A stretch of 64,000 nucleotides of DNA. Source: the human T2T-CHM13v2.0 reference genome, Homo sapiens. This document shows, in pieces, positions 28,979-41,236 of this stretch. The notes below the pieces were generated by a model, which was not told where the DNA came from, searched no databases, and was given only the letters and a program-made list of their open reading frames with translations. How positions within the stretch are numbered: the stretch's first letter is position 1; each line of letters begins with the position of its first letter. The stretch is from NCBI RefSeq assembly GCF_009914755.1, contig NC_060931.1; one strand, 5' to 3'. Position numbers and translations under genes: made by a program.

Positions 28979-29899
28979 GAAAATAGGTAGATTAAGCATT
29001 CATGTTTAAGAAATGGGTAAGGAAGAAAGAGAGAGAGAGAGGAAAGGAAGGAAGACAAGAGGGAGGAGAAAGAGATAAATCCTGGCCAGGATGAAAGGGG
29101 AGAAAAGGAAGGGGAGTTGTAGAATGAAAAAGGAAAGTGGATCGAGTCAGATGCTATTGAACTGATAAAGTGTTCAGTTCTGTTGGGGAAATTCCAGCTG
29201 GCCTCACACCCATGTTTATTGCAGTAGGTAGCAGCAGCAGTATAATACCTCTCATCCCTGGTAGTACCCATGGCACAACTGCACATTATGCTGTAAATGG
29301 AAGCAGAACACTTGCTATCTTTATTGTGCTGACATTTAATGACTAGAAGAGGCCTGGGAGAGAGATACCCACGAGATCCTGCCTTTGGTATGTTGGCCAC
29401 AACTTCCAGAATGGGGATGCCAGTTACTTGCCTCTCTTTATGCTTTTGAACAAACTAGCCACCAGCTGGGCTTTCCAGATCTCTCAGTGGTTAAAGAGCT
29501 GGGGAAGTCTCGGGAAGAAGGTGGTATGTTTAGCCTGGGGCACGGGGAAAGTAACATGGCTGCTGGTAGCAGGCACAGTGGTAGGGGAAGCCCTACGTGG
29601 ATTACAGTGAAATGGAGTTTACCTAACAAATTAACAAATAATATGTTCAATTTCTGCTTTCGGCCTACCTGTCTGGTTGGTTCTGAGAACTCAAGTTAGT
29701 TCTTCCTTATTTCATTCGCCAAATTTGACAAGTCCCTGAAATTCATCACTGGCAACTTAACCCAGTTTGTTTCTTCTACCAAATGCAAGGAACCAAAACA
29801 TTTTCTTTTCTTATTCCCATTTGGCAATGACATTTTACTTTGGATAGTGGGACATGTCTAAACATCCTCCTACTTATTAGTTACAAAGGTGCCATAATG

Positions 29900-30470
29900 T
29901 AGGCCTCAATTCAAATCCACCTCCCACATGTAGTGGGAACTTGGGCAAATTAATTTACCTCTCACTACCTTAGTTTCCTAACCTCTAAAATGCAGAGGGT
30001 AACAACAGTACCTCCTTGTCATGGACGTGTTGCAAGGATTGCCCATGTTCATGAATGTAAAGCATTTTGAACAGTGCCCAGTGTGAGTTTAATGCTCTGT
30101 GTTCACTATGATCATTTCAATCATCCACACATATTTTTGAGTCCCTGTTATGTGCCAGGCGCCTTCCTGATCACCAGGAATAGAAAAGTGAGGATGTCTT
30201 TGGAGCTTATATTCCAGTGGAGCAATAGAGTCATAACAAAATGAACAACAATAACGGCCACTAATATTTATTGGGATTATAATATGCATAGCCTTACTTG
30301 ATCTTTCTAATAATCCTAAGAGGTAAGTAAGAGTATTGTTTCATAGGAGAGGAATCCACAGGCTTCAAGGGGTTCGATAACCTGATCACACAACACAGCT
30401 GCTAAGTGGCCCAGCCCAGGGCTGGAATGGAACAACATGGTTCCCAAGTTTTCAGTCTTAACTGTGTCTT
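29900..30470. mobile_element. MIR(+), L2(-) and MIR(-) fragments
   Basis: CTTGGGCAAATTAATTTACCTCTC...TAGTTTCC; TATGTGCCAGGC; CTAATAATCCTAAGAGGTA. Confidence 0.65.
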
Positions 30471-31237
30471 TCACTTTTATGGAATTGGGCTATTTTCAAC
30501 TAACAACCGTGGTTCTAGGAAACAACACAGCCACTTTGTCCCTTTATGTTATTCTTAAAGAATCATTGCCCTGTCTCCCACTTTTATGCCAGTCACTGAG
30601 TTTTTGGTAGCCATTCACTGAACATGATCAAATTTAACCACCCAGTGTAAAGGATTTTACCTGCTGGTCAGAGGAACAACTCAGCATTTGGAAGAACATT
30701 TAATACTGTACGGCGGCGTTGGCCTTCATGCTGAGAGACAAGCGCACATCTCAAGGCCTACCCTGAACCAATCACTGGAGGATGGTTTAATTGGTTAATC
30801 ATATAAATTACAATCACTTAATCATTTTAAGCACCATCAGCCAATTAGCTCAGAATTATGGGCTCTGAGGTAACAGTCATGCAAATGTTTGTTCCACTGC
30901 AGGCTATTAACAGCCATATTTTCTCTATCAAGATGACAGAGACTGATGGGTGGGGGAAGAAAAGGAAAGAGAGCATTTGTTTAGTTTAAACTTCTTTCCT
31001 GTTGGGTTATAATGAAGCATTCAGTGGGGAGGAGCGCCATGTGCAGTGATTTCTGTATCCTACTCAATGTGAGTCTCCGAGTGGATTGGAGGGAGGCCCC
31101 TGAGCAAAGAACTGCAAGGAATGGCTTCAAAACTGCTGAATCAAGACTGCGCAGGAGTTTAGCCTACTCTTGCTGCCAGGTGCTGGCTTTGTTGACCACC
31201 TGGTGTGCTCAGCCATAATACAGATAAATTGAGGACT

Positions 31238-31659
<422 letters not shown>

Positions 31660-32331
31660 CTAATCATGCAGGAGAATAGATCAAGTTCAGACAGAGCGTC
31701 CCCATCTACGATAACCATTACTATATACTAACAATGAAGAAAATAAAACAGCTCTGGAAAGCAAGGTGAGTCATCGTCAGCCGACCAGAAGCTGTGAACA
31801 CCTGAACGTTTGCCAGTGTGGGCGTAGAGGAGCTGTTTGTGCTCATCAGTCCCTGGTTTAGGGCCTGGTACATGGTAGCTTCCCAGTAAACTCTTGTGGA
31901 TGAATTAATGATTAGTGGCCAAATGTGAACGTAAGAAGCAGGGAGATGGAGGAGCACTCATCTGTTTGATGTGGCTGTGCTCTGCCAGCGTGCCTGTGCA
32001 AGTGTGTGTAAGACAGCTGGACCCTGCAGTGGAGTCTTTGCCGGCTTCTGGCTCCGGCAGAGCCTAGTGTAACTGCGCTTTCTGTCGGGTGGTCAGTTGA
32101 GTAGACTGGGTCATTTGCTAGCCTGCGATTGTAATATTTGCAAGTGCTGTGATGGTAAGGAACATCAGAACTTCAAAGATTACTTTTGTCAGGAATGTGT
32201 AGGAAGCAACATGGTTTTGTGGTCCCCAGTCACTTTGTGACTACGGCATTGTGGTCTTCAGACTTCACCTGTCTTGACTGATTAATTAAAGTTGGGGGTG
32301 GGACTGCTCCCAGCCTCTCACCATTTCCCAA

Positions 32332-32370
32332 GTGCACGCGCACGCGCGCGCGCGCACACACACACACACA
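32332..32370. repeat. (GC)n(AC)n alternating purine-pyrimidine microsatellite
   Basis: GTGCACGCGCACGCGCGCGCGCGCACACACACACACACA. Confidence 0.95.
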
Positions 32371-33579
32371 GAGGTACATGCAACATATTTGTCATAAAAC
32401 TTCATGCAGTCATTAAATAATACATACTGGACTTTTATGTGCCAGAGATCATGCAAGGGACCAGGAAAACCGCACAGAACACATAGCACTTGCCATGTGA
32501 TGGCAAAGTATGGTCAAGTGCAGAGAGGAGAGGAAGACTCCTGAAGGCTGACATAATCAAGGAGAACTTCCCAGAGGAGGTGGGGATTGATCTAGGGAGA
32601 AATTAGATAGACAAAGAGATGAAAGTAGGGTACTTCATTGCACTTGTCATATTGACCTAGACTTAAAGCTTCAGGGAGAAAGTTTTCCAAATTAGGAGTT
32701 TTAATTTCCTTAAGGAAGTAACTGGCCTTGTTTTATCTTGTTTACACATGTCCCGGAGGTGCCTTGCCCGCAGGCAGCAGGAAAGGGTTCCTGGTAACTC
32801 CCTGTCTGACCTGAGCCAGAGGCTTGTCTCCCTCTCTGGCCTTGCTTTTTCTTCCTTAAACAGGGAAAAAATGATATTGACCTACCGTTGTGAGGGAAAA
32901 CTGATACAAAATATGACAACACACTTCAGAGAGTGAGGTGCTCTTAGAAAAAAGAAAAGCCTAACGATAAGTATGCTGAGACACAGAAAACAATGGGTGG
33001 GAATAGAAAATTGGACTAAAATCATAGAAAGAGGTTTTAAAGATTTTCTCACTTCAGCATTTACAACACTCTATTATTGACTGTAGATTTTTTTCTTGCA
33101 CTTGATTAGTCAGAAACCAGGCGAACACTCTCTAAAATCCTTGTACAGGTCAGACACTAGCAGAGTCCATATTCCTAAGGACCGAGCTGTTGAGCCACTC
33201 CCATGTTTGATTACTTCCCTTTTAGTTTTCATGCACACTCAGCTTGCACTATGTTTATTTGCCCTTGAAAGTATGAAGTCATTTTGTTTGTCTCTGGGGA
33301 TTCCTCACACTCCCCACCCCTGTCACTGCCTTTGCCCCAAAATAGGTTCCTAACTTCCTGGGGGACGTGTTTAATGAGGATGTCTTGGCAAGAGAACTCC
33401 CTTAAGAGATCTTATAACATCAGAGCTGAGTCTGACTCCAGCCCCGATGAGATGTGGTCAGCTCACATGCCCAGTGGGTTCCAATTCCTCCCACCTTTCA
33501 TGGTTCAGGATGGAGTTGAAACTCACCCTGGGAGTTCCCTGTACTCTTCTGGCTTGATTTATATAGCATAGAATAGTTT

Positions 33580-33965
33580 GTGTCTTTGAGTTTCCCCAGA
33601 AGTAGACCCAGAGACAAGGGTTCAAATGCAAATGATTTCTTTGGGCAGGGAAGGGAGTATCAGCAGGGGAGAGGGGAAACGGGACAGGGGAGGCAGCCAG
33701 TAAAAGGTGCGTGAGTAAGCCAGCTGCCCCAGTGGGCAGCTGGAGCCGAGTCTAGGAAATGGAGTAGGACATAGCCCATAATTAGACCTCCAGAGGTGAG
33801 CACACTGGGACATTTAGACACCAACTCCTGTCAGTCATTGGTTGAAGGCATTGAGGAGGGGTTGTTAATTCCGAGGAGAGGTGCTAGCAGCCGGAAGTCA
33901 TCTGTCTTTTGGGGAGCACCCGGAAATGGTGGGGTCTGAGGGATGTGGATGGGACAGGAAGAGTA
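33580..33965 (-). mobile_element. ERVL solo LTR (LTR16/LTR33-like)
   Basis: CCCCAGAAGTAGACCCAGAGACAAGGGTTCAAATGCAA...GCAGCCAGTAAAAGGTGCGTG...CAGTGGGCAGCTGGAGC. Confidence 0.7.
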
Positions 33966-34199
33966 TCTGTTAGGATTTGCATCATAACATTTATACTTTC
34001 TTGCCTAACGGTCCAAGTTCAGGGACATAGTAGCAGACTTATAGCACAATTACAAGCTTATAACATGATCGCAAATTTACACCAGGAGCCAGAGGATGAC
34101 GAAAACAGCCCTTTGTTTCCCCTTTGGATCATTTATCACAGGAGACTGGGCCCACCCACTCAGACCCTGGAGGGGAGGCTTGTTTGTTGGTTTCATTCC

Positions 34200-34611
34200 T
34201 CTTGCTGATGATTGTGTCCACTTGGCCATATGTCCCGGTCTCAGCCAATGAAACCTGAGAGAAAGTTGAGGGTGGACGTGCGGGGAGTCTGGAAAACAGT
34301 GTTCTTGCTCGTAAGAGAGATACCTGGATGAGAGCATCTCTCTTTTTTGCTAGACGTCTTACAGTCGGGTTCTGATGCCTGGAACTTCTGCACCCACTTT
34401 GCCATCATGTGGGGTAATCACATCCAGAGGGCAGGATAATAGAAAGATGGAAAACAGGAAACCCTTGGGTCTTTGTGAGCCTCTGAGTTACAACCCTGGA
34501 GGCACCCGCCTTTGGACTTCTTGTTCTTTTAGTTCAAGACACTTTTGGTTGGGTTTCTTTCAGTTTAAGACACTTATATTCCTTGTGCCCAAAAGCATCC
34601 TAAATGATACA
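34200..34611 (+). mobile_element. Old MLT1 (J/K-like) LTR
   Basis: CAGCCAATGA...GATGCCTGGAACT...TGGACTTCTTG...AAAAGCATCCTAAATGATACA. Confidence 0.7.
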
Positions 34612-34730
34612 ATGTCAGGTAACCGCGTGACTAGTGAGGAGAACCCCTACCATATATGAAAGCAAGTGAGTGTGGGACTGCATGGATAGAGTGAGTCAGG
34701 CTGGACGCCTGCTCCCAGCTTGTGTGTAGC

Positions 34731-34933
34731 TGTTTCAGTCAGCTTGGACTGCCACAGCATAATATCACAGACTGGGTGGCTTAAACAACGGTAACTTATT
34801 TTCCTATAGTTCTGGAGGCTGGAAGTCCATGCTCAGCATGTCAGCAGGGCAGGTTTCTGGTCAGGCCTCTCTTCCTGGATTTCAGAGGGCCACCTTCTCC
34901 CTGTGTCCTCACATGTCCTTTCCTCTGTGCCTG
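34731..34933 (-). mobile_element. MaLR LTR fragment (MLT1A/MSTD-like)
   Basis: ACAGACTGGGTGGCTTAAACAAC...AGTTCTGGAGGCTGGAAGTCCA...TGTGTCCTCACATG. Confidence 0.85.
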
Positions 34934-34934
34934 T

Positions 34935-35682
34935 ACTCCTGCACAAAGCACTTCTGCATGACAGTGTGACGGTTGTCTTGACAAAAAGTACTGGTGTGAT
35001 TGATGAAATTGGAGATAACAGTAATGGATATAATTTTTTAATATCCTATAATAAAATGTTGAAAGTATATTTTCCACATGACCAATGTATGATGTTTCAA
35101 AATTGTGTGTGGGTAAGTGATCTCATCAAAGTGAAAGAGATACCAATACATTGTAATGTAACAGAGTATGAAAAGTTCATTGATAATGGTTTTAGATTCC
35201 ACATTGCAACTAACATTTAAGAAAGTGCTACTTGTCAAGTTTTGGTGTAATATCAAAGAAGAATTATCTGGAATTATCTGAAAAGCTAGTAATATGTAAG
35301 ACCAGATTTTCTTTATATATGTCAACCAAAACAACAAAACATATTGCAACAGATTAAATTTAGAAGATAAGAAAATTGAACTCACCTCTACTTATTCAGA
35401 CATCAAAGAGACTGGCAAAAATAAAAATTAATGTTACACTTCTCACTAATTTTTTTGTTTTAGAAACATTTTTCATAAAATTTTATTATTTCTGTTGATG
35501 TGAAATAGGTTTATTATTGTTATTTTGAAATGAATTAATAGATACATACTTTCTTAAATCTTAAGATATAGTATGGTAAATATTGATAAATATAGCCTAA
35601 CTAAACAAAAGCTTTTCAGAGTTCATGATAATTTTTTAATCCAGTAAAGAGATCATGAGACTAAAAAGTTTGAGCATTTCTG
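34935..35682 (+). mobile_element. Charlie1a-like hAT transposon, right half
   Basis: AATGTAACAGAGTATGAAAAGTTCATTGAT...AGATTCCACATTGCAACTAAC...TTTTGGTGTAATATCAAAGAAGAA...GAGACTAAAAAGTTTGAG. Confidence 0.8.
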
Positions 35683-36647
35683 ACATAAATTAATGAAAAC
35701 CGTCTGAATAGATAGCTCTGCCAGGGTTCTCAGTTGCAAACAACAGAAACCCCTCTAGCTAGCCAGTTCAAGCAGAAAAGAAATTTATTTAAGGATGTTA
35801 GCTCCCCAAAGCTAGATGTCTCCTCCAGCACCTTTCTGGAAAAATGGACTCCATCCTTCTTGCAGAGTTCTCTTCCACATCAGAGCCTCATGGGGGAACC
35901 TCCCACAGTCAGGGACACAGGCTCGGAGCTCCTAGAAAAGCAAGAGACTAGAAACGTAAGTTCTGACGGCATCTCGGGGAGGTGTGGGAATTTCACAATG
36001 TGTGAAATTCCCCAAACATAGGAAGGCTGTGCAAAAGATTGCTGGGCAGCTACAAATGTCCACTATAGTAATTACTAATAGTCCCATTTTTTTCAGAGCA
36101 AAACCAAGGTTGAGGTGAGAGCTGTAAGGGAAGGAAGAAGCCATCATTTAAACTCAATTACTGATGCTGGATCCACTTCTGAACCAATGCACAGAGCCCA
36201 GAAATTCTTTAAGCTCCAAGACAGCTTCACTGCAGTTCGTCCCATGGGGGTCTCAGAGATTCCAGGGCTCAGGGAGGAGGACAATGTATTTTTTAAATAT
36301 ATTTTTTGTTTTCCTTATGATAACAAAAGTGAACATGTAATTCTGATAAATAACCCTCATTACCCCATCATGCAGTGATAAACACTCATAACATTTTGAT
36401 GTATTTCCCTCCAGATATTTTACATTTGTTATTTTAAACAAAAATGAGTTCATGCTGTACATGTTATTTTTAACCTTTGAGGCTTATATATCAGGATTAT
36501 CTTTGCATGTTATTAAATATTAATATTTAATATTCTTAATTTAGTGACTGTATAGTAGTCTACTGAATGGAGGAACATAATTTATTAAATGATGATACAT
36601 TGCTCTAGAAATATATCCCATAATACTTCTATTTCAGTGGCTCTCCG

Positions 36648-36946
36648 TTTTTCTTTTTTTTGAGACAGTCTCGCTTTGTCACCCAGGCTGGAGTGCAATG
36701 GCGTGATCTTTGCTCTCTGCAACCTCCGCTTCCCGGGTTCAAGCAATTCAGTTGTCCTGCCTCTATTTCCCAAGTAGCTGGGATTACAGGTGCCCACAAC
36801 CACGCCCAGCTAATTTTTGTATTTTTAGTAGAGATGGGGTTTCACCATGTTGGCCAGGCTGGTCTCGAACTCCTGACCTAGGGTGATCCACCTGCCTTGG
36901 CCTCCCAAAGTGCTGGGGTTACAGGCCTGAGCCACTGTGCCTGGCC
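36648..36946 (-). mobile_element. AluS
   Basis: Full dimer; TSD GGCTCTCCG/GGCTCTCTG. Confidence 0.93.
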
Positions 36947-37619
36947 GGCTCTCTGCTTCTAAGACTAAAGACATCAAAGTCAATTTTTACTGCATTCCTA
37001 ATTTATAAAGCTAATCCTTTCCTTATATCCACAGTGCCTAGCATAGAGAAGACAATCCAAAAATACTTGATAAGTGATTAAAAGAGTGACATACATTCAA
37101 CATGAAAAATATAGTGGATCAATTCAAGCCTCATGTTTCAGAGTTTCAAGATTTGGAAGTTAATGTGGAAAAAAGGAAAGGACATTTGGAAATAAATTTT
37201 TCCTGTCTTGTGGCTGTCAGACACCTAACTGTTACAGAAGGAATACCCTGAGATAGCACAACCGAGAGTGGTCTACGTTCTGCAGGAAACAACTGGTGCA
37301 GGCAGTGAATCTTAAAGCCATAAAACTGAGAAGCATTGAAAGTACAAAGGAGCCATTCTAAACTCCTGACTTAGACTTTTAATACAACTGAGATGTGGCA
37401 CTGCTGCCAATGAGGATAATGACTGAAAAATCATGCCTCTGTCCATTCTTATAGGTAGAGAGAGAGAGAAAAAAAAACTGAGGAAGAATGGATGAACAGA
37501 AAAATAATGGGAATATCTTAATTTTTAGCCAAAAGCTGTTAAGTTTCCAGCAACCAATAACCAAAAGATCCTATTCACCTTTGGTTCAAAGAGTAGTTCT
37601 TAGGCTAATTTATTGCATA

Positions 37620-37812
37620 CCCAGGCAGATAAGCTCCATGAGGACAGACACTGGGGTGCCTTGGTTGTCACTCTACCCCTAGTGCCTACAACAATACTAG
37701 GCATGCCCACAAAAATTAAAAATTAAAAAAAATTTAAAAAGAAATAAAAATACAAAAAATACTGGGCATGTCACAGGCACTCAGGAAACACCAGTCGAAG
37801 GAATGAATGAAA
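37620..37812 (+). mobile_element. L2 3' end carrying a tiny A-rich insertion
   Basis: TAAGCTCCATGAGGACAG...CCCTAGTGCCTA...CAGGCACTCA...GAATGAATGAA. Confidence 0.75.
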
Positions 37813-38026
37813 GAGACTTCCTTGCCTTTCTTGTATACTCCAGCCACTCTACATTTCTTCCATAGCCCCGACACTTTCATAGGTGTGTACCTTTGCATAT
37901 AAACCACTCATTTTAATACAACAAATAACAACTGAGCTCCCACTAACCGTTCTGAGCATGGGAGATACATGGACAAATGGGCACAGAACCTGCCCTTGAG
38001 AACTCTTGACTCATCAGTGTGTTTGC

Positions 38027-38184
38027 CAGTGCTTCCTAGACTTTAATGTGCATAGGAGTGTCCTGGGGATCTTGTTAAAATGTGCATTCTGCTTCAATAG
38101 GTCTGGGGCAGGGCTTGAGACCCTGCATTTTGAAGAAGCTTCCAGGTGAGGCTGATGTGCTAGGAGGCACATTGAGGACAAAGT
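38027..38184. mobile_element. MER5A-type MITE
   Basis: CCTGGGGATCTTGTTAAAATG...AGGTCTGGGGCAGGGC...CTGCATTT...CCAGGTGAGGCTGATG. Confidence 0.85.
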
Positions 38185-38863
38185 ATTCCAGCACTTCTGA
38201 TTGTAGTATGACAACCAGGAAGATGGTTCTGTCAACAGATACTCATAGCCTGATTCCCTGATTACCACATATAGACTTAGCTCTGGTCTTTTTAACCCAA
38301 GAGTTGTTTGAGGCCCAGAGTGTGTATACCTCCCAGCACAGTTGGCCTGAGGCCAGGCAGGATTACCTTACAGTTCTGCCCAGGTGTGAAAGGGACAGGG
38401 TAGATACGGCCTGGATGCTGACAGCAGGTGAGAAACTCACATATCTTGCATCAGTCATAGAATCAGGGTTTCTTTCTTTTTACCACTGGAGACAGTTGAG
38501 CACATTCTCATTGTCACATCTCGTTGAAATATTTCATAAATCTGCAGGGTAATCATTTAAAATTTAAGTTATTTCCTTCTAAAAAGTGTTCAGAGAGGAT
38601 GTGAAACTGAGCAAAATGCAAAGGCTTTTTTTCCCCACATCATAAATGTGCTTCCTCAGCAACTAATACCTTTCAAATGATCTGTCACACTTTGCATAAT
38701 TAAATCACAGTCTCAATGGCAGCAAATCACTGCAGGAACAGTAAGAAAACACTAAGAGAAGATAGAATATGAAGGGGAGAAACTTCCTTCGTTAGTAAAT
38801 TTTTCTTACATCAGGCTAAATACTCCACACCAGTCAATGAAGGTGGAGCAAAATTAACTCAAG

Positions 38864-39157
38864 TTTTTTTTTTTTTGTTTTTTTTTTGAGACAGGGTCTT
38901 GCTCTGTCACTCAGGCTGGAGGGCAGTGGTGTGATCATGGCTCACTGCAGCCCCCACCTGCCAGGTGCAAGCAATCCTCCCACCGAGTAGCTGGGACTGC
39001 AGGTGCACACCACCATGCCCAGCTAATTTTTGTATGTTTTGTAGAGATGAGGTTTCACCATATTACCCAGGCTGGTCTTGAACTCCTGGCCTCAAGCAAC
39101 GCCCACCTCGGCCTCCCAAAGTGCTGGGATTGCAGGTGTGAGCCGCCATGCCTGGCC
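38864..39157 (-). mobile_element. AluJ
   Basis: GAGACAGGGTCTTG, ATCATGGCTCACTGCAG, CTCCTGGCCTCAAGC. Confidence 0.92.
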
Positions 39158-39559
39158 TAAACTCTCCATTTAGATCCACCAATAGGATATTTATAGGGCA
39201 CCAACTGGGGTGGTTCCTGCCCACAAGGGAGCTTATAGTCTTATGAACACCAAAAAGTCAAACAGCAAAACAGAGTTCATCAGTAGTGTTTCAGGAGAAC
39301 TGTCTAGATAATGATATAATTGCAAGTCAGTTATAAAAAGGATCACTTCATGGAGTCATGTGGATTCAAACTGCTCATGTCGTCTTTCTTAATACCTCAG
39401 CCACCCAACAGCACAGGTCTTCATCCCTTAGACCTGCTCTCCCTCCAAGACTTTGAATTCAGAGACAGTTCCCACCATATCCCCGTTACTCCCTGCTTTT
39501 CCTGTACCCCACTCTCTAAGCACACCAGGACTTTTTATCTTTTGAGACAATATAGTGAT

Positions 39560-39715
39560 TCAGAAGACAGGAACACACATACTGAAGCCTGACTGGGTTT
39601 CTGTGACCTTGGGCAAGTCACCTAACAACTCAGTTTCCTCATCTGAAGAATGAGGATCATCATAATACTAGTTCATAAGGTTGTGGGGGTGATGCATGTG
39701 AGCACTGTGTAGGGG
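39560..39715 (+). mobile_element. MIR
   Basis: CTGTGACCTTGGGCAAGTCACCTAAC...CTCAGTTTCCTCATCTG. Confidence 0.8.
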
Positions 39716-39959
39716 TTTGCTGTCCTTACCAGTACTCTCCTTATTCTCAGTCATCTCCAGCCATGCAACTTCCCTCACCTCCTGACTGATGATGGTCAGT
39801 CGGCCCATGCCTGCCTTCACAATGTACAACCCTGAAGACCCAGAAGTTGGTTTTGTCCATTCCCATGGCTAGGATGCCAAGTGTTATTAGGGGAAAATGA
39901 ACCCTTCTTGGTGTGTTGGACAGACTCACTATGATACCTGTTCTTTGGAACAGTCACCA

Positions 39960-40285
39960 GTACACAGAGATGGGCTGCCAGTGAGCCCTTGTGCTCTGGC
40001 TGTAGCTGATTGTCTAGGAGTGAACATGTAGCCTAGGCTGGGCCCATCATTCCATCTCCCAGGAAACTGAATCTGGAATGGAGGCCTTGACTCGATCCTG
40101 ATCAATGGCAGAACTTGGGAGAAAGAATCTCTGACTTCTTGATGCCAAGTCCCCAGGGACTGCCCTGCCAACCTCGCTTCTCCTGGCTTCTGCTGAGATA
40201 CCCCTATGTCTTTCCAATAAATTCCTCTCTCCTCATACCCTGGTCAGAGTGCACCTCTACCTTTCACAGACCAAAGGAACCTCAG
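39960..40285 (+). mobile_element. Old MLT1 (K/L-like) LTR
   Basis: GCTGATTG...AGGCTGGGCCCATCA...CCAATAAATTCC...CCAAAGGAACCT. Confidence 0.5.
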
Positions 40286-40492
40286 CTGAGGTTGCCAAGA
40301 AACAATGACAGTGAGGTCTTGCACAGAGCCACACTATTTGATTTCAGATGACTTGTCTGTCACTACAGCCCAGCACTTACTGATCATCTCTTTTTGACTC
40401 CCTGGGACTTTCACCACAGCAGCAGTGGTTTAAAATTTTCTCCACTCAGGCCTCACCCGACCCTCCTCCACCTCTTCACCTGCTCTTTAGGG

Positions 40493-40570
40493 CAGTGGTT
40501 CTCAACCCTGGCTCCACACTGGAATCACCCCCAGGGTGCCTGAAAAATCCTGGTGCCTGGGTCTCAGTGG
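40493..40570. mobile_element. MER5 fragment
   Basis: CAGTGGTTCTCAACCCTGGCTCCACACTGGAATCACC. Confidence 0.7.
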
Positions 40571-41029
40571 GTCCTGATGGGGTGGAGACTGGCCTGAGTT
40601 ATTTTCATTTGTACCCTGGATATAGTCCTCTCCCAGTCAGACCAAGACTATTCTACACAAGCCCCTTCAGCCTTCCGCCTCTCCCTCCAACAGTTTTTAC
40701 TTTCTAAACCCTTTTTCCCTTCCATCCAGGTTTAGAGGATGGCGTGCACCTGCATTTTGCCAAGACAAGGCCTAAACTGAAGAAGGTGGCCAATCCTGTC
40801 CCTGTCTTCAATCCCCAGCACCACACGCACACATTCCTTGGGAATCACTGGCCTCTCCTCCTTCCATTTATTTCCTCAGGCTCCTCAGAGGAGCAGGCTG
40901 CAGCCTAAAGATTCTATTATGTGCTAAACCAAGTTAGGAAGCACTAAAGAATATATTTATCCTCCTGGGCATCACATGATTTAATCATTGTAATTAAGAG
41001 TTTTTAATGAACAGAAAATGTAAATAATA

Positions 41030-41236
41030 AGAATAAGAATAGAAAACATGTAGTAAAGCACTTACTATCTGTCAGGCACTGTCCTATGCACTTTTCATAT
41101 ATATCTTACCTAAATCTCCAAGCACCCTGTGAGACAGGAGCTGTTATTGCCACCTTACTGGTAAAGAAACTGAGTTATCGCAAGGCTAAGGAGCTTGCCC
41201 AAGGACATATAGCTGGAATGTGATGGAGCTGGGATG
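41030..41236 (-). mobile_element. MIR
   Basis: AGCACTTACTATCTGTCAGGCACTG...AGAAACTGAG...CTTGCCCAAGG. Confidence 0.8.

Noticed and set aside
40710-40740. Strong-looking splice acceptors (CCCTTTTTCCCTTCCATCCAG|G here; TTTCATTTTCCAG|G near 44628)
   Set aside because: No matching donor or coding frame that I can support; such motifs are common in non-coding DNA
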